Counted from the first letter of the stretch, positions 1-12,713 are shown. The stretch: 64,000 nt of DNA from an uncultured Prochlorococcus sp. (GCA_902624105.1 CACNWH010000003.1:587-64586); one strand, 5' to 3'. The notes: generated from the letters alone by a model not told the origin. Numbers and translations: made by a program.

Positions 1-258
1 ATTTTTTGTGAGATTATTCAGAGGTTTATGTTTTTTCAATATCTCATGTGTTATGAGAACCATTTCCCAGCCATATTTAATCCAAGGTCTAATTTCAATA
101 AATATTTTTGGAGCCTCAATATATTTTTTAATATTTAGATTCTGTAAATCATTTAATAAATATCTTTCGCATGCAAGTTTAGAACTAAACCAATACTCAT
201 CAATTCCATTAATAATTACACCATCAAAATCAAATAAGATTAATTTTTGATGATGCAC
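1..258 (-). CDS. HAD-family hydrolase, N-terminal part (runs off window edge)
   Basis: Manual translation from GTG at 258: MHHQKLILFDFDGVIINGIDEYW... with HAD motif I DxDGV; not in ORF track. Confidence 0.85.
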   Translation of the reverse strand, partial: MHHQKLILFDFDGVIINGIDEYWFSSKLACERYLLNDLQNLNIKKYIEAPKIFIEIRPWIKYGWEMVLITHEILKKHKPLNNLTKN

Positions 259-276
259 TTTATTAGGAAGTTATAA

Positions 277-348
277 CTGGGCCGCTAGGATTCGAACCTA
301 GGAATGGCGAGACCAAAACCCGCTGCCTTACCACTTGGCGACGGCCCA
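277..348 (-). tRNA. tRNA-Gln(TTG)
   Basis: Reverse complement TGGGCCGTCGCCAAGTGGTAAGGCAGCGGGTTTTGGTCTCGCC...GGTTCGAATCCTAGCGGCCCAG; cloverleaf, anticodon TTG. Confidence 0.97.
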
Positions 349-408
349 ATGAATTTTTATATTAGTACATTTGCAGATCTTTTTCTATAAAAAAAATAAT
401 AAATTTTT

Positions 409-1420
409 TTATGATTTCCATGGGTTCAGTAATGTTTTTGCTTTTTCAATAGCTTGCGCCATTTTATCTGGGTTTTCATATATTTTTTGATTTGTCTTAA
501 ATGTCTCTTCAATTAATGGCTGTACTAATTTTCTTGCAACACTTCCAAAAGCGATTCCATCAGGAATTTTATCCTTGCTGAGAAATTTATAAGTATTACC
601 ATTTGTGCCTCCAGCCAGTTGGATTAATCCTGGTGGTAATATTGGCTGCATTCGTTCCCAAAGTTTTACAGCTGCCTTTGCGGTAGTAGATGCAATATCT
701 CCAGACATTGGTCTTCCATCTAATTGCCAAATTAACTGTACATTGTGTTCAGATAAAATTTCATATCTTTCCCAGAAAGCTTTTGCAAGATCTTTTGGTT
801 GAGCATTGGACTGAGCCAAACCGCAGCTTACGGATATTTTTTTTAATTTAACGTCAGCATCTTTAATAATTTTTGAAATCTTTTGAAATGCATCTTTACG
901 ATTAATTTCTGTATGGATTTCAACAGCATCTGGTTTTATTTTTAGAAGGATGTCTTTCAATGAATCTTGTGACAACTGATATTCATATTCAGAAATTAAA
1001 TTTAATGGACAACTTGTAATGCATCTTCCACATCCGTAACACTTATTTTTACTCACTCCATATTCACTAATTGCGAAAGTCGGACAAACATTTTCACATG
1101 GTCTTTTACAATTTGGAGGGCATATTTTGGGGTCAAATTTTGCTTTTCGAAAATGTATATCTTTTCCATCGCTAATACTAATCATTAATCCAGGATTTTT
1201 CCCATATTTTTTTTTTGACCAATTAATTCCATTCCTCGCTGCTTCAGCTACTGATGGATCCGCTGCAATATCTATGTAATCAACACCTGCTGCTGAATAA
1301 ATAGCGCAAATATCTTCAATCGAAGCGATATCTTCATTACTTGCACCACAAATTAACTTGACCCACTTATTTGAAATGATTTTATTTTGTTGTTAATAAT
1401 CCAATTTTAGAGTTTTTCAA
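409..1420 (-). CDS. ldpA: LdpA circadian-input Fe-S protein; apparent frameshift near 5' end
   Basis: Two 4Fe-4S Cys clusters and QLDGRPMSGD, QLAGGTN motifs. Frame is open upstream of ATG 1185 (KWVKLICGASNED...) to ~1392, but the likely TTG start at 1420 is out of frame. Confidence 0.85.
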
Positions 1421-1422
1421 CT

Positions 1423-1893
1423 TTAAAATTCATTTTTTATATATTTTCCTAATGATTGCCACTTTAGATTTCTAGATCCACCCATTTCAACTACGATTTT
1501 CAGAGTATCATCATCTTGAGACATTTTTATTAAACTTGCTAATTCTGATTGTGATAGGATCTGACCTTCAATTAACCAGAGTAACTTTTTCTTATCATTG
1601 TCATTAAATAGTTCTGCGGCAACAGGAATGACTTGTTGAACATCTCCTAAAGCTCCATTCCTTCCAACATTTTGATGTCCAAGGTGAGGAGGTCTGATAC
1701 CATGCAGTTTTAGTAGAAAAACTTCTGGGTCGCCTAAACCTCTTGCCGAGGTGATAAATGTTTTAAAACCCTTAGCACGCATCCTTCTTAATAAACGGGT
1801 CTCACTTCCGCCTTCTAGAGGAGCAAAGACTGCTAAGCAGCCATGCTTATATAAATCATCATGAAATTTCTCACCTGAAAGAAGTAATGGCAT
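1423..1893 (-). CDS. ndhN: NDH-1 subunit N
   Basis: [28 protein letters not shown] motifs. Confidence 0.95.
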   Translation of the reverse strand: MPLLLSGEKFHDDLYKHGCLAVFAPLEGGSETRLLRRMRAKGFKTFITSARGLGDPEVFLLKLHGIRPPHLGHQNVGRNGALGDVQQVIPVAAELFNDNDKKKLLWLIEGQILSQSELASLIKMSQDDDTLKIVVEMGGSRNLKWQSLGKYIKNEF

Positions 1894-1937
1894 AAAAGTT
1901 TTCTAATTGATCATATAATATTTCATTTTTTGGGACT

Positions 1938-1951
1938 TGATGATGTACAAT
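1938..1951 (+). promoter_or_regulatory. Putative rplC operon promoter (TGATGATG + -10 TACAAT)
   Basis: Same motif recurs upstream of rpmJ and rplM. Confidence 0.6.
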
Positions 1952-2173
1952 TTAAAATTGGTAGTTTTTTAAGCTCGAACACTAGCCGAGCCTCTAAATA
2001 AAATACCCTTTTTTAATGTTTGCGTTAAAAAATTTGGATCTGTGAGAAACTATCATTATTTTGATAAGTCTCCGCCCAATAATTTAGTTTTTACTTTAAG
2101 CTAGTTTCTTTAAAACTTAAGGTTTCTAGATATACAAATTAAAAATTAACAATAAAGCTAGTTTCAAAATCTC

Positions 2174-2824
2174 ATGTCAATCGGAATTTTAGGAAAGAAA
2201 TTGGGGATGTCCCAATTATTTGATGAAAATGGCAATGCGGTGCCAGTTACTCTCATTCAAGCTGGACCATGTAAAGTAACTCAGCTTAAAACTCCATCTA
2301 TGGATGGTTATTCTGCTGTGCAAATTGGATATGGTTTGTCTAGAGAAAAACTTCTAAATAAACCTCATAGAGGTCATTTAGCCAAATCTGGAGATGATCT
2401 TCTTAAATATCTTAGAGAATATAGAGTTGATGAAACTTCAAAATATGAACTAGGAACAACAATTACTGTGAAAAATTTTGAAGTAGGTCAGAAAGTTGAT
2501 ATAAGTGGTAAATCAATGGGAAGAGGATTCTCTGGTTATCAAAAAAGACATGGATTCAGCAGAGGCCCAATGAGTCATGGTTCTAAAAATCATAGACAAC
2601 CTGGTTCTACTGGTGCAGGCACAACTCCTGGTAGGATTTATCCCGGTAAAAGGATGGCTGGAAGATATGGCGGCAAAAATATTACTACAAAAGGTTTATT
2701 GGTCGTCAAAGTTGATGATGAGAAAAATCTTATTGTTGTAAAAGGTTCTGTCCCTGGGAAGCCCGGATCATTACTTAACATCAAACCAAATAATAAAGTT
2801 GGAAATAATGGAGGTAACAAATAA
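2174..2824 (+). CDS. rplC: 50S ribosomal protein L3
   Basis: Recognisable sequence; first gene of operon. Confidence 0.99.
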   Translation: MSIGILGKKLGMSQLFDENGNAVPVTLIQAGPCKVTQLKTPSMDGYSAVQIGYGLSREKLLNKPHRGHLAKSGDDLLKYLREYRVDETSKYELGTTITVKNFEVGQKVDISGKSMGRGFSGYQKRHGFSRGPMSHGSKNHRQPGSTGAGTTPGRIYPGKRMAGRYGGKNITTKGLLVVKVDDEKNLIVVKGSVPGKPGSLLNIKPNNKVGNNGGNK

Positions 2825-3453
2825 TGACAACTTTTGAATCATTAAAATGGGATGGTAAAAAAGGTGCCAAAGTTTCTTTGGATTTAAAAGTTGCAAAAGA
2901 TGCATCTGCTAACGATTTGATTCATCGCGCTGTATTAAGGCAATTAGCTAATAAGAGGCAAGGAACTGCTTCAACTCTTACAAGGTCTGAAGTAAGAGGT
3001 GGAGGAAGAAAACCTTATAAGCAAAAAGGAACTGGAAGAGCAAGACAAGGATCAATCCGTACACCGTTAAGACCTGGTGGAGGAATTATCTTTGGTCCTA
3101 AACCTCGTTCCTACAACTTAGATATGAATAGAAAAGAAAGAAGATTAGCATTAAGAACAGCATTGATCTCAAAGTCTTCAAATATTAAAACTGTCGAAGA
3201 TTTCGGTTCTTCTATTAATACTCCAAAAACTAAAGAAATAATAGAAGGACTTTCTCGCTTAGGAATTGATAAAACTAAAAAAATACTTATTATCCTTGAT
3301 AATCCCTCCTTAAACATTAAAAAATCAATTCAAAACATCGCAAATGTAAGGCTTATGTTAGCAGATCAATTAAATGTATTTGACATATTAAATGCTAATG
3401 AAATAGTCATAGGGAACTCGGCTATTGCTAAGATTCAGGAGGTATATAGCTAA
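2824..3453 (+). CDS. rplD: 50S ribosomal protein L4
   Basis: [15 protein letters not shown] motif. Confidence 0.99.
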   Translation: MTTFESLKWDGKKGAKVSLDLKVAKDASANDLIHRAVLRQLANKRQGTASTLTRSEVRGGGRKPYKQKGTGRARQGSIRTPLRPGGGIIFGPKPRSYNLDMNRKERRLALRTALISKSSNIKTVEDFGSSINTPKTKEIIEGLSRLGIDKTKKILIILDNPSLNIKKSIQNIANVRLMLADQLNVFDILNANEIVIGNSAIAKIQEVYS

Positions 3454-3755
3454 TGTCTAAATCTTTTAAAAATCGACTTGCAGATGTAATTCGTAAGCCA
3501 ATTATCACTGAAAAGGCTACCAATGCACTTGATTTGAATCAATATACTTTTGAAGTCGATCATAGGGCTGCAAAACCAGATATTAAAGCAGCTATTGAGT
3601 CAATGTTTAGTGTTAAAGTTATTGGGGTTAACACAATGAATCCTCCTAGAAGATCAAGGAGGGTAGGCAAATTCGCTGGCAAAAGATCCCAAGTTAAGAA
3701 GGCTATTGTCCGTCTGGCTGATGGAGACAAAATTCAGTTATTCCCAGAATCTTAA
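3453..3755 (+). CDS. rplW: 50S ribosomal protein L23
   Basis: PIITEKA...KKAIV; gene order. Confidence 0.99.
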   Translation: MSKSFKNRLADVIRKPIITEKATNALDLNQYTFEVDHRAAKPDIKAAIESMFSVKVIGVNTMNPPRRSRRVGKFAGKRSQVKKAIVRLADGDKIQLFPES

Positions 3756-3767
3756 GGAGTATTTATC

Positions 3768-4631
3768 ATGGCAATTCGTAAATTCAGACCTTATACACCT
3801 GGCACTCGTCAAAGGGTTGTTACTGACTTCAGTGAAATAACAGAAAGAAAACCTGAAAAGTCGCTAGTTGTAAGCAAACATAGATTAAAAGGTAGAAATA
3901 ATAGAGGTGTAATTACATGTAGACATAGGGGGGGAGGTCATAAAAGACAGTATAGAATTGTTGACTTCAGACGAGATAAAAGAAATATAAATGCCAAAGT
4001 AGCTGCTATACATTATGATCCACATAGAAATGCAAGACTTGCACTTCTATTTTATGAAGATGGAGAGAAAAGGTACATAATTGCTCCATCTGGAATTAAG
4101 GTTGGGCAAAAATTAATAGCAGGTGAATCTGTACCAATTGAGAACGGTAATGCGATGCCACTAGCTGTAATGCCACTGGGATCAAGCGTTCATTGTGTTG
4201 AGCTTTATGCTGGCAGGGGTGCTCAAATGGTTAGATCTGCAGGAGCAAGCGCTCAAGTAATGGCTAAAGAAGGTGACTATGTCGCACTAAAGCTTCCTTC
4301 TACAGAAGTAAGACTTGTTAGAAAGGAATGTTATGCCACTCTTGGGGAAGTTGGTAATGCAGAAATAAGAAATACAAAATTAGGCAAAGCGGGTAGAACA
4401 AGATGGCTTGGAAGAAGACCTCAAGTTAGAGGTAGTGTTATGAACCCATGTGATCATCCACATGGAGGAGGAGAGGGTAAAGCGCCAATAGGACGAGCTG
4501 GACCAGTGACCCCATGGGGTAAACCTGCTTTGGGATTAAAAACACGTAAGAAGAATAAACCAAGTAATAAACTTGTCATTCGTAAGCGCCGTCGTGTTTC
4601 CAAGAGAAGTAGGGGAGGAAGAGATTCATGA
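3768..4631 (+). CDS. rplB: 50S ribosomal protein L2
   Basis: [13 protein letters not shown] motif. Confidence 0.99.
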   Translation: MAIRKFRPYTPGTRQRVVTDFSEITERKPEKSLVVSKHRLKGRNNRGVITCRHRGGGHKRQYRIVDFRRDKRNINAKVAAIHYDPHRNARLALLFYEDGEKRYIIAPSGIKVGQKLIAGESVPIENGNAMPLAVMPLGSSVHCVELYAGRGAQMVRSAGASAQVMAKEGDYVALKLPSTEVRLVRKECYATLGEVGNAEIRNTKLGKAGRTRWLGRRPQVRGSVMNPCDHPHGGGEGKAPIGRAGPVTPWGKPALGLKTRKKNKPSNKLVIRKRRRVSKRSRGGRDS

Positions 4632-4662
4632 TTGCAATTATTTCTAAATTCATTTTTTAATT

Positions 4663-4938
4663 ATGGGACGCTCACTAAAAAAAGGACCTTTCATAGCTGA
4701 TAGCTTACTTAAAAAGGTTGAAAAACAAAATAATGATAATGACAAATCCGTTATTAAAACCTGGTCAAGATCTTCCACGATACTACCAGTCATGATTGGT
4801 CATACCATCGCAGTGCATAATGGTAAGGCACATATTCCAGTTTTTATTACTGAACAAATGGTCGGTCATAAGCTAGGAGAATTTGCTCCAACACGAACCT
4901 ATCGTGGTCATATTAGAGATAAAAAAGGAGCAAGATAA
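4663..4938 (+). CDS. rpsS: 30S ribosomal protein S19
   Basis: [19 protein letters not shown]. Confidence 0.99.
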   Translation: MGRSLKKGPFIADSLLKKVEKQNNDNDKSVIKTWSRSSTILPVMIGHTIAVHNGKAHIPVFITEQMVGHKLGEFAPTRTYRGHIRDKKGAR

Positions 4939-5324
4939 TGAATACAACAAAAGAATCTATGAAAACAGCAGTCGCTCACGGAAATTATATTAGAGGCTCT
5001 GCTTCAAAAGTAAGAAGAGTCCTAGATCAAATTCGTGGAAGATCTTACAGAGATGCATTGATTATGCTTGAATTTATGCCTTATAGATCTACTGAACCAA
5101 TCACAAAAGTTTTAAGATCTGCTGTAGCTAATGCAGAACATAATTTGGGAATGGATCCATCAACTTTAATTATCAATTCTGCTGCTGCTAATAATGGACC
5201 TGTAATGAAAAGATTTCGTCCAAGGGCTCAGGGTAGGGCATTTTCTATTAAAAAACAATCATGTCACATAACAATTTCTGTTACATCACAAACGTTACAA
5301 ACAAATAAGGAGGAACAAAAATAA
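4938..5324 (+). CDS. rplV: 50S ribosomal protein L22
   Basis: [11 protein letters not shown]; gene order. Confidence 0.99.
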   Translation: MNTTKESMKTAVAHGNYIRGSASKVRRVLDQIRGRSYRDALIMLEFMPYRSTEPITKVLRSAVANAEHNLGMDPSTLIINSAAANNGPVMKRFRPRAQGRAFSIKKQSCHITISVTSQTLQTNKEEQK

Positions 5325-6055
5325 TGGGCCATAAAATTAGTCCTACAGGTTTAAGATTAGGCATTACTCAAGAACATCGTTCTAAGTGGTATGCTTCATC
5401 CAAAACATATCCAACTCTTTTACAAGAAGACCATAAAATCCGTACTTTTGTTCAAAAGAAATATGGAGCGGCTGGCATAAGCGATGTATTGATTGCTAGA
5501 AAAGCTGATCAATTAGAATTAGAGTTGAAAACAGCTAGACCAGGAGTAATTGTAGGAAGACAAGGTAGTGGGATTGAAGAGCTAAGATCAGGTATTCAAA
5601 AAACCATTGGAGATAGAACAAGACAAGTCAGAATTAATGTTGTTGAAGTCGAAAGAGTAGATGCAGACGCTTTTTTACTTGCAGAATATATTGCCCAACA
5701 ACTTGAGAAGCGGGTCGCTTTTAGAAGAACTATCAGAATGGCTTTGCAGAGAGCTCAAAGAGCGGGCGTTTTAGGACTTAAAATACAAGTTGGAGGAAGA
5801 TTAAATGGTGCTGAAATTGCTAGAACTGAATGGACAAGAGAAGGTAGAGTTCCATTGCATACATTGAGAGCCGAGATTGATTATGCCACTAGAGAAGCTA
5901 ATACTACTTATGGTGTCTTAGGGATAAAAGTTTGGGTATTTAAGGGGGAAATCCTATCTAAAGAGGAGCAATCCATCCCTGTAGGGATTTCCCAAAAAAG
6001 AAAAGGTAGCAGAATGCCTCAGCAATTTGAGGATCGTTCTAATGAAAATTCATAG
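5324..6055 (+). CDS. rpsC: 30S ribosomal protein S3
   Basis: [20 protein letters not shown]. Confidence 0.99.
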   Translation: MGHKISPTGLRLGITQEHRSKWYASSKTYPTLLQEDHKIRTFVQKKYGAAGISDVLIARKADQLELELKTARPGVIVGRQGSGIEELRSGIQKTIGDRTRQVRINVVEVERVDADAFLLAEYIAQQLEKRVAFRRTIRMALQRAQRAGVLGLKIQVGGRLNGAEIARTEWTREGRVPLHTLRAEIDYATREANTTYGVLGIKVWVFKGEILSKEEQSIPVGISQKRKGSRMPQQFEDRSNENS

Positions 6056-6066
6056 GAGGTTAAAAA

Positions 6067-6543
6067 ATGCTTAGTCCAAAACGTACAAAATTTCGCAAAC
6101 AGCATCGGGGTAGAATGAAAGGTGTTGCCTCAAGAGGTAATAAAATTGCATTTGGTCAATTCGCACTTCAAGCTCAAGACTGTGGTTGGGTAACCTCCCG
6201 TCAGATAGAAGCTAGCAGAAGAGCTATGACAAGATATGTCAAACGTGGAGGAAACATATGGATACGCATTTTTCCTGATAAGCCAGTTACCATGAGACCT
6301 GCTGAAACGAGGATGGGTTCAGGTAAAGGTAATCCTGAATTTTGGGTAGCTGTAGTCAAACCTGGAAGAATATTATTTGAAATGGGAGGAGATGAGATAA
6401 CAGAAGAGATAGCAAAGGAGGCAATGAGGTTAGCACAATATAAATTACCAGTTAAGACAAAATTTATAACTTCTAATGATCACATAAATAATGAATCTGA
6501 TAATCAGAATGCTCTACAAAATTCTAAGGAGGTTAAATCATGA
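6067..6543 (+). CDS. rplP: 50S ribosomal protein L16
   Basis: RMGSGKG motif. Confidence 0.99.
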   Translation: MLSPKRTKFRKQHRGRMKGVASRGNKIAFGQFALQAQDCGWVTSRQIEASRRAMTRYVKRGGNIWIRIFPDKPVTMRPAETRMGSGKGNPEFWVAVVKPGRILFEMGGDEITEEIAKEAMRLAQYKLPVKTKFITSNDHINNESDNQNALQNSKEVKS

Positions 6544-6755
6544 AAAGTAAAGAAAGCCTTAAAGAATTCAAGAGTTTGAATAATGACCAGATTATTGAGA
6601 AAGTTGAAAAACTAAGAAAAGAACTTTTTGACCTAAGGTTTAAACAAGCTACTAGGCAACTAAATGAAACCCATCGATTTAGTATTATAAAGAAGCAGAT
6701 AGCTCAATTATTGACTCTTTCTAAAAGTCAATCTAATTCACAGGTAAATGATTAA
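6540..6755 (+). CDS. rpmC: 50S ribosomal protein L29
   Basis: [11 protein letters not shown]; gene order. Confidence 0.98.
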   Translation: MKSKESLKEFKSLNNDQIIEKVEKLRKELFDLRFKQATRQLNETHRFSIIKKQIAQLLTLSKSQSNSQVND

Positions 6756-6763
6756 TTAAAACT

Positions 6764-7030
6764 ATGGCACTAAAAGAACGAGTTGGTACTGTTGTAAGTG
6801 ACAAGATGGATAAAACAGTTGTTGTGGCTGTTATCAATAGATATCCTCATCCTACTTATAAAAAAATTGTTAGTCGCACAACACGCTATAAAGCACATGA
6901 TCCTGAGAATGAGTGTAATACAGGCGATAGAGTCCGTATCAAGGAAACTAGGCCACTAAGTGCACACAAAAGATGGGCTATTGATGAAATCTTAAATAAG
7001 CAAGTCAAAGTAAAGGAGGATACACAATGA
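6764..7030 (+). CDS. rpsQ: 30S ribosomal protein S17
   Basis: [12 protein letters not shown]. Confidence 0.99.
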   Translation: MALKERVGTVVSDKMDKTVVVAVINRYPHPTYKKIVSRTTRYKAHDPENECNTGDRVRIKETRPLSAHKRWAIDEILNKQVKVKEDTQ

Positions 7031-7392
7031 TTCAACAAGAAACTTATTTGACTGTTGCAGATAACAGTGGTGCGAAAAGATTACAGTGTATTAGAGTTCT
7101 TGGCTCTAATAGAAGATATGCTCATGTTGGTGATGTAATTGTCGCTTCAGTCAAAGATGCTTTACCTAATATGGGAGTAAAAAAATCCGATGTTGTAAAA
7201 GCTGTCATAGTACGAACAAAGGCTACATTAAGACGAAATACTGGTAATTCAATCAGATTTGATGATAATGCTGCAGTACTTATAAATGAAGATAAAAACC
7301 CAAAAGGCACAAGAGTTTTTGGACCCGTAGCAAGAGAATTGCGAGATCGCAATTTTACAAAAATTGTTTCATTAGCACCGGAGGTTATTTAA
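7027..7392 (+). CDS. rplN: 50S ribosomal protein L14
   Basis: [16 protein letters not shown]. Confidence 0.99.
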   Translation: MIQQETYLTVADNSGAKRLQCIRVLGSNRRYAHVGDVIVASVKDALPNMGVKKSDVVKAVIVRTKATLRRNTGNSIRFDDNAAVLINEDKNPKGTRVFGPVARELRDRNFTKIVSLAPEVI

Positions 7393-7749
7393 ATGTTAGA
7401 TGCTGTTAAAAAGAATAAAATTCTTAAAAAAGTCAAAATGAGAATTAAAACAGGTGACTTAGTAAAAGTTATAAATGGGAAGGAAAAAGGTAAAACAGGT
7501 GAAGTCTTAAAAACATTTCCTCTTCTTAATAGATTAGTTATTAAGGGAATTAACTTTAGGACAAAACATATAAAACCTACTCAAGAAGGTGAAAATGGCA
7601 GAATCGTAACAGAGGAAGCATCAATTCATGCATCTAATGTTATGTTTTTTTCTAAGGAAAAAAACATAACAAGCAAAATTGAATATTTTATTGATAAAGA
7701 AGGAGTTAAAAAAAGAAGATTAAAAAAAACAGGTGAATTAATTGATTAA
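7393..7749 (+). CDS. rplX: 50S ribosomal protein L24
   Basis: KOW motif [16 protein letters not shown]. Confidence 0.98.
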   Translation: MLDAVKKNKILKKVKMRIKTGDLVKVINGKEKGKTGEVLKTFPLLNRLVIKGINFRTKHIKPTQEGENGRIVTEEASIHASNVMFFSKEKNITSKIEYFIDKEGVKKRRLKKTGELID

Positions 7750-7793
7750 TTAATTATTCATCTCTTAATGGGATCTCTTTTATTTCATCCTTC

Positions 7794-7815
7794 AATTCTG
7801 ACAAAGACCAGAATT
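7794..7815 (+). promoter_or_regulatory. Hairpin just upstream of rplE (candidate spc autoregulatory site)
   Basis: AATTCTG-ACAAAGAC-CAGAATT perfect 7-bp stem. Confidence 0.4.
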
Positions 7816-7828
7816 ATTAACACAAATT

Positions 7829-8368
7829 ATGACTCTCAAGCATCGTTACAAAGACGCAATTAGGCCAAAGCTTTTAAAAGAATTAGGTCTTAAAAATATT
7901 CACCAAGTTCCAAAGGTTATCAAAGTAAATATAAACCGAGGGCTAGGAGAAGCGGCGCAAAATTCAAAAGCTTTAGAAGCTTCTTTAAATGAAATGGCAA
8001 CTATCACTGGACAGAAAGCATTAGTTACAAGGGCTAAAAAGGCTATTGCTGGTTTTAAGATCAGAGAAGGTATGCCTATAGGCTGTACAGTAACTTTGAG
8101 AGGTGATCGAATGTTTTCATTTTTAGAAAGATTCATCAACCTAGCATTACCTCGAATCAGGGATTTTAGAGGAGTCAATCCTAAAAGTTTCGATGGGAGG
8201 GGGAACTATACTATAGGTGTAAAAGAACAATTGATATTTCCTGAAATCTCCTTTGATAAGATTGATGCGATCAGAGGAATGGATATAACTATCGTTACAA
8301 GTGCATCCACAGATGAAGAAGGTAAAGCTCTTCTTAAGGAATTAGGTATGCCATTTAGTAGTAATTAA
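7829..8368 (+). CDS. rplE: 50S ribosomal protein L5
   Basis: [16 protein letters not shown]. Confidence 0.99.
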   Translation: MTLKHRYKDAIRPKLLKELGLKNIHQVPKVIKVNINRGLGEAAQNSKALEASLNEMATITGQKALVTRAKKAIAGFKIREGMPIGCTVTLRGDRMFSFLERFINLALPRIRDFRGVNPKSFDGRGNYTIGVKEQLIFPEISFDKIDAIRGMDITIVTSASTDEEGKALLKELGMPFSSN

Positions 8369-8379
8369 TTTTTAAAATT

Positions 8380-8781
8380 ATGTCAAATCACGATCCAATT
8401 TCAGATATGCTCACTCGTATAAGAAATGCGAGCCAAAAAAAGCACTCATCAACAGTAATCCCAGCATCTAAAATGTCTAGAAGTATTGCAAAAGTTCTTC
8501 AAAAAGAGGGATTTATTAATGAAATTAATGAGGAAGGGGAAGGGTTTAAATCTCAATTAATTCTTGGATTAAAATATAGCGGTAAAAATAGATTTCCTAC
8601 TATTAGGTCATTGCAAAGAGTCAGTAAGCCTGGGTTAAGAATTTATAAAAATACTAAAGGATTACCGAGAGTTCTAGGTGGCCTAGGTGTTGCTATAATA
8701 TCAACTTCAAAAGGTATCATGAGCGATCGAGATGCTAGAAAACAAGGTATTGGCGGAGAAGTTCTCTGCTATGTATATTAA
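8380..8781 (+). CDS. rpsH: 30S ribosomal protein S8
   Basis: [13 protein letters not shown]. Confidence 0.99.
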   Translation: MSNHDPISDMLTRIRNASQKKHSSTVIPASKMSRSIAKVLQKEGFINEINEEGEGFKSQLILGLKYSGKNRFPTIRSLQRVSKPGLRIYKNTKGLPRVLGGLGVAIISTSKGIMSDRDARKQGIGGEVLCYVY

Positions 8782-8793
8782 GGAGAATTTATT

Positions 8794-9333
8794 ATGTCTA
8801 GAATTGGAAAAAGTCCAGTATTGATCCCAGATAAGGTATCAGTAGATATTGATGGATTAACTGTCTCTGTTAAAGGACCTAAGGGAGAATTAAAACGTTT
8901 AATGCCTGAAGGAGTCAATTTAAATAAAAAAGATAATGAGATTGTTGTAACCCCTTCAACTTCCAAGCGTCTTTCGAGAGAAAGGCATGGATTATGCAGA
9001 ACATTAATTGCTAATATGGTGCAAGGAGTAAGTGAAGGATTTGTTAAGAAATTAGAAATTGTTGGAGTTGGTTCAAGAGCCCAAGTTAAAGGGAAAAATT
9101 TGGTCGTTAGTGCAGGTTATAGTCATCCTATTGAAATCATTCCGCCAGAAGGAATAACATATAAGGTTGAAAGCAATACAAATGTATTTGTTTCTGGCAT
9201 CGATAAGGAAATTGTTGGCAATGAGGCTGCAAAGATAAGATCAATTCGACCTCCAGAGCCTTATAAAGGTAAAGGTATCAAGTATCATGATGAGAGAATT
9301 ATTAGAAAAGCTGGAAAATCCGGCAAAAAATAA
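8794..9333 (+). CDS. rplF: 50S ribosomal protein L6
   Basis: [11 protein letters not shown]. Confidence 0.99.
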   Translation: MSRIGKSPVLIPDKVSVDIDGLTVSVKGPKGELKRLMPEGVNLNKKDNEIVVTPSTSKRLSRERHGLCRTLIANMVQGVSEGFVKKLEIVGVGSRAQVKGKNLVVSAGYSHPIEIIPPEGITYKVESNTNVFVSGIDKEIVGNEAAKIRSIRPPEPYKGKGIKYHDERIIRKAGKSGKK

Positions 9334-9349
9334 ATTAACATAAATAACC

Positions 9350-9718
9350 ATGACTTCAATCTCAAGAAAACAACAAACTCAAAAGCGTCATAAAAGATTA
9401 AGACGATTTTTAATTGGAACAAAGACAAAACCTAGACTATCTGTTTTTCGTTCCAACAATCATATATATGCTCAAGTTATTGATGATCAAGCTCAATCAA
9501 CTATATGTTCAGCATCAACAATTGATAAAGAATTTAAAATTAAGGATAATGAATCATCTTCAAATTGTAACTCTTCATCAGAAGTAGGGTCTTTACTTGC
9601 AAAGAGAGCTATAAAAAGAGGGGTAAAGGAGGTTGTTTTTGATCGAGGAGGTAAGATATATCATGGAAGAGTTAAAGCTCTGGCAGAGGCAGCTAGAAAA
9701 GCTGGTTTAAAATTCTAA
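9350..9718 (+). CDS. rplR: 50S ribosomal protein L18
   Basis: [13 protein letters not shown]. Confidence 0.99.
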   Translation: MTSISRKQQTQKRHKRLRRFLIGTKTKPRLSVFRSNNHIYAQVIDDQAQSTICSASTIDKEFKIKDNESSSNCNSSSEVGSLLAKRAIKRGVKEVVFDRGGKIYHGRVKALAEAARKAGLKF

Positions 9719-9727
9719 ATATTAATC

Positions 9728-10336
9728 ATGACTGACACACCAACTAAAAAAGAAAATCAATTAACTTCTGAAAAGGCTTCAACTTTTAATCAGGATGAAC
9801 CTAAAAAGAATAATAGAAAAAGAAATAGAAGAGATTCTAAAAATCTCGAAAGAGACTCAGATTGGCAAGAAAGAGTCGTTCAAATTAGAAGAGTTTCTAA
9901 AACTGTAAAGGGAGGTAAAAAAATGAGTTTCCGGGCAATTATTGTTGTTGGGAACGAAAAAGGTCAAGTAGGAGTAGGCGTAGGCAAAGCTGGAGACGTT
10001 ATAGGTGCTGTAAGAAAGGGAGTAGCCGATGGTAAGAAAAATCTTGTTAGAGTACCTTTAACTCGTAATAATTCAATACCCACTCTTTCATTAGGAAGAA
10101 ATGGAGCTGCTAATGTTTTAATAAGACCAGCAGCACCAGGAACTGGAGTTATTGCAGGCGGTTCTATAAGAACTGTACTAGAGTTGGCTGGCATTAAAAA
10201 TGTTTTAGCAAAAAGATTAGGTAGTAAAACTCCTCTTAATAACGCTAGGGCAGCAATGGTTGCTTTATCCCAATTAAGAACCCACAAATCTGTCTCTAGA
10301 GAAAGAGGAATTTCTTTAGAACAGCTATATTCTTAA
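9728..10336 (+). CDS. rpsE: 30S ribosomal protein S5
   Basis: [19 protein letters not shown]. Confidence 0.99.
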   Translation: MTDTPTKKENQLTSEKASTFNQDEPKKNNRKRNRRDSKNLERDSDWQERVVQIRRVSKTVKGGKKMSFRAIIVVGNEKGQVGVGVGKAGDVIGAVRKGVADGKKNLVRVPLTRNNSIPTLSLGRNGAANVLIRPAAPGTGVIAGGSIRTVLELAGIKNVLAKRLGSKTPLNNARAAMVALSQLRTHKSVSRERGISLEQLYS

Positions 10337-10341
10337 AAATT

Positions 10342-10791
10342 ATGACTACTTTAAATTCTCTTAAACCAAACAACGGGTCTCGTAAGAAAAAATTAAGAAA
10401 AGGACGAGGGATAGCTGCTGGCCAAGGGGCTTCATGTGGTTTTGGAATGCGTGGCCAGAAATCACGTTCAGGTAGGCCTACCCGACCAGGATTTGAAGGT
10501 GGTCAAATGCCTCTTTACAGAAGAGTCCCAAAATTAAAGCATTTTCAAATTATTAATCAGAAGTCTTATTCAATCATCAATCTTTCTAAATTAAATGATT
10601 TTAAAGAGAATGATACTGTTAATATTGATTCATTAGTGAAAAAAGGCTTGCTTTTTAAACCAAAATATCCTTTGAAAGTTTTAGGAAATGGAGAAATTAA
10701 AGTTAAATTAAATGTTGAAGCTCATGCTTTTACTAAGTCTGCCAAAGAAAAAATTGAAAAGTTGGGTGGATCTTGCGAGATTATAAATTAA
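10342..10791 (+). CDS. rplO: 50S ribosomal protein L15
   Basis: [15 protein letters not shown]. Confidence 0.99.
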   Translation: MTTLNSLKPNNGSRKKKLRKGRGIAAGQGASCGFGMRGQKSRSGRPTRPGFEGGQMPLYRRVPKLKHFQIINQKSYSIINLSKLNDFKENDTVNIDSLVKKGLLFKPKYPLKVLGNGEIKVKLNVEAHAFTKSAKEKIEKLGGSCEIIN

Positions 10792-10831
10792 AATAGTTAT
10801 TAATTCATTAATTGAATGAAGAGAATAGAAC

Positions 10832-12151
10832 ATGTTAGTTAAAAAAAGTCGAAATCCTAGTGCGTCTGAAATTCTTACTCAACTTTTTTCTAATGAGGAG
10901 CTTAGAAATAGAGTTTTAACAACATTAGGCTTGCTGTTATTAGTCAGATTGGGAATTTATATTCCAATGCCTGGGATTGATAGAGTCGCTTTTAAAACTT
11001 TCATAGATCAAGGTGGACAATTAATAGGATTTTTGGATATTTTCACAGGTGGTGGAATCTCAACCTTGGGAATTTTTGCTCTTGGTATTTTGCCATTTAT
11101 TAACGCATCAATTATTATTCAACTCTTAACGGCAGCTTTGCCAGCTCTTGAAGATCTACAGAAAAATGAAGGAGAAGCAGGAAGGAGAAAGATTGCTCAA
11201 ATTACCCGATATGTATCTTTAGGTTGGGGTTTTCTTCAGAGCTTAATTTTTTCTCTTATTCTAAGACAATATGCAATTGAGGGTATTAGTGAAACTACGT
11301 TTGTTTTGCAAACATCTATAGCATTAGTGACTGGATCTATGGTGGTTATGTGGTTCAGTGAGATTATTACAGAGAAAGGAATTGGTCAAGGGGCTTCATT
11401 AGTAATATTTTTAAATATTGTTGCAACTTTGCCTAAAGCTCTTAGTTCAACTATTGAAAAGGCTCAGACTGGAGATAGGGGAGATGTCTTGGGTATATTA
11501 GTTTTATTAGGAGTATTCTTATTAACAATTGTTGGAATAATTTTTGTACAGGAAGGAGCAAGAAGAATTCCAATAGTTAGTGCTAAAAGACAAATTGGTA
11601 GTACATCATTACTACCTACGAGGCAAAGTTATCTCCCTTTAAAATTAAATGCTGGAGGAGTTATGCCAATTATTTTTGCTTCAGCCTTGATATTTTTGCC
11701 TATCACAATAGCAAATGTTACAGGAAATCCTATTTTGATTAAATTTGCTAATGCTCTTAATCCAGGCTCATCAAATCCATGGCCTTATGCTTTAACATTT
11801 TTTGGTTTAATTCTTGGTTTTTCATATTTTTATGCATCTCTTACCATTAATCCAATTGATGTAGCATCCAATCTCAAAAAAGGTGGCGTTGCTATTCCTG
11901 GTGTTAGACCAGGATCTAAAACGACAAATTATTTAACAGGCATTCAAAATAGATTGACTTTACTTGGTGGATTGTTTTTGGGTTCAGTGGCAATTATCCC
12001 TGCAGCCGTTGAAAGAGCAACCAATGTTCAAACATTTCAAGGTCTTGGAGCAACTTCATTATTAATTCTAGTAGGAGTTGCAATTGATACGGCAAAGCAA
12101 GTTCAAACTTATGTAATTTCCCAAAGATACGAGGGCTTGGTAAATAAATGA
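10832..12151 (+). CDS. secY: Preprotein translocase SecY
   Basis: Multi-TM protein, [15 protein letters not shown]. Confidence 0.99.
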   Translation: MLVKKSRNPSASEILTQLFSNEELRNRVLTTLGLLLLVRLGIYIPMPGIDRVAFKTFIDQGGQLIGFLDIFTGGGISTLGIFALGILPFINASIIIQLLTAALPALEDLQKNEGEAGRRKIAQITRYVSLGWGFLQSLIFSLILRQYAIEGISETTFVLQTSIALVTGSMVVMWFSEIITEKGIGQGASLVIFLNIVATLPKALSSTIEKAQTGDRGDVLGILVLLGVFLLTIVGIIFVQEGARRIPIVSAKRQIGSTSLLPTRQSYLPLKLNAGGVMPIIFASALIFLPITIANVTGNPILIKFANALNPGSSNPWPYALTFFGLILGFSYFYASLTINPIDVASNLKKGGVAIPGVRPGSKTTNYLTGIQNRLTLLGGLFLGSVAIIPAAVERATNVQTFQGLGATSLLILVGVAIDTAKQVQTYVISQRYEGLVNK

Positions 12152-12702
12152 TGAATAAACATTTACTATTTTTAGGGCCTCCTGGAGCTGGAAAAGGTAC
12201 ACAAGCTTCACTTATCAGTGAGTGGAATTCCTATTTGCATTTATCAACAGGAGAATTATTAAGACATGAAGTAACGAAGAAGACAAGTTTAGGAATCCAA
12301 ATCAAAGAAATTATTAATAGCGGCAAATTAGTGGATGATGAACTTGTTTTGGAAATTGTTAGAAAAAATTTGGCATTTAGTAAACAAGGGTGGATTTTAG
12401 ATGGATATCCTCGAAATATATCTCAGGCAGATTCTTTAACTAAAGTTTTAGATGAGCTAAATCAACCCTTAGAAAAGGTTTTTTATTTAAATGTAGACGA
12501 GGAAATTCTTGTCAAAAGATTAATAAATAGAGGCAGAACAGACGACAATGAAAAAATAATACGAACAAGATTAGATATCTATAAGGAAACTACTCAACCC
12601 CTTATTGCATATTATAAAAACCTAAAAATTTTGGAATATATTGATGGTGATAGAGACTTAAAAACAATATCTGACGATATAAAACAAAAAATGGCTTCAT
12701 GA
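12148..12702 (+). CDS. adk: Adenylate kinase (short LID)
   Basis: [16 protein letters not shown]. Confidence 0.98.
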   Translation: MMNKHLLFLGPPGAGKGTQASLISEWNSYLHLSTGELLRHEVTKKTSLGIQIKEIINSGKLVDDELVLEIVRKNLAFSKQGWILDGYPRNISQADSLTKVLDELNQPLEKVFYLNVDEEILVKRLINRGRTDDNEKIIRTRLDIYKETTQPLIAYYKNLKILEYIDGDRDLKTISDDIKQKMAS

Positions 12703-12713
12703 TGATGTATAAT
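12700..12713 (+). promoter_or_regulatory. Putative rpmJ-rpsM promoter (TGATGATG + -10 TATAAT)
   Basis: Perfect -10 box preceded by the shared motif. Confidence 0.6.

Noticed and set aside
8-250. 80-aa plus-strand ORF in the track
   Set aside because: Shadow of the minus-strand HAD hydrolase
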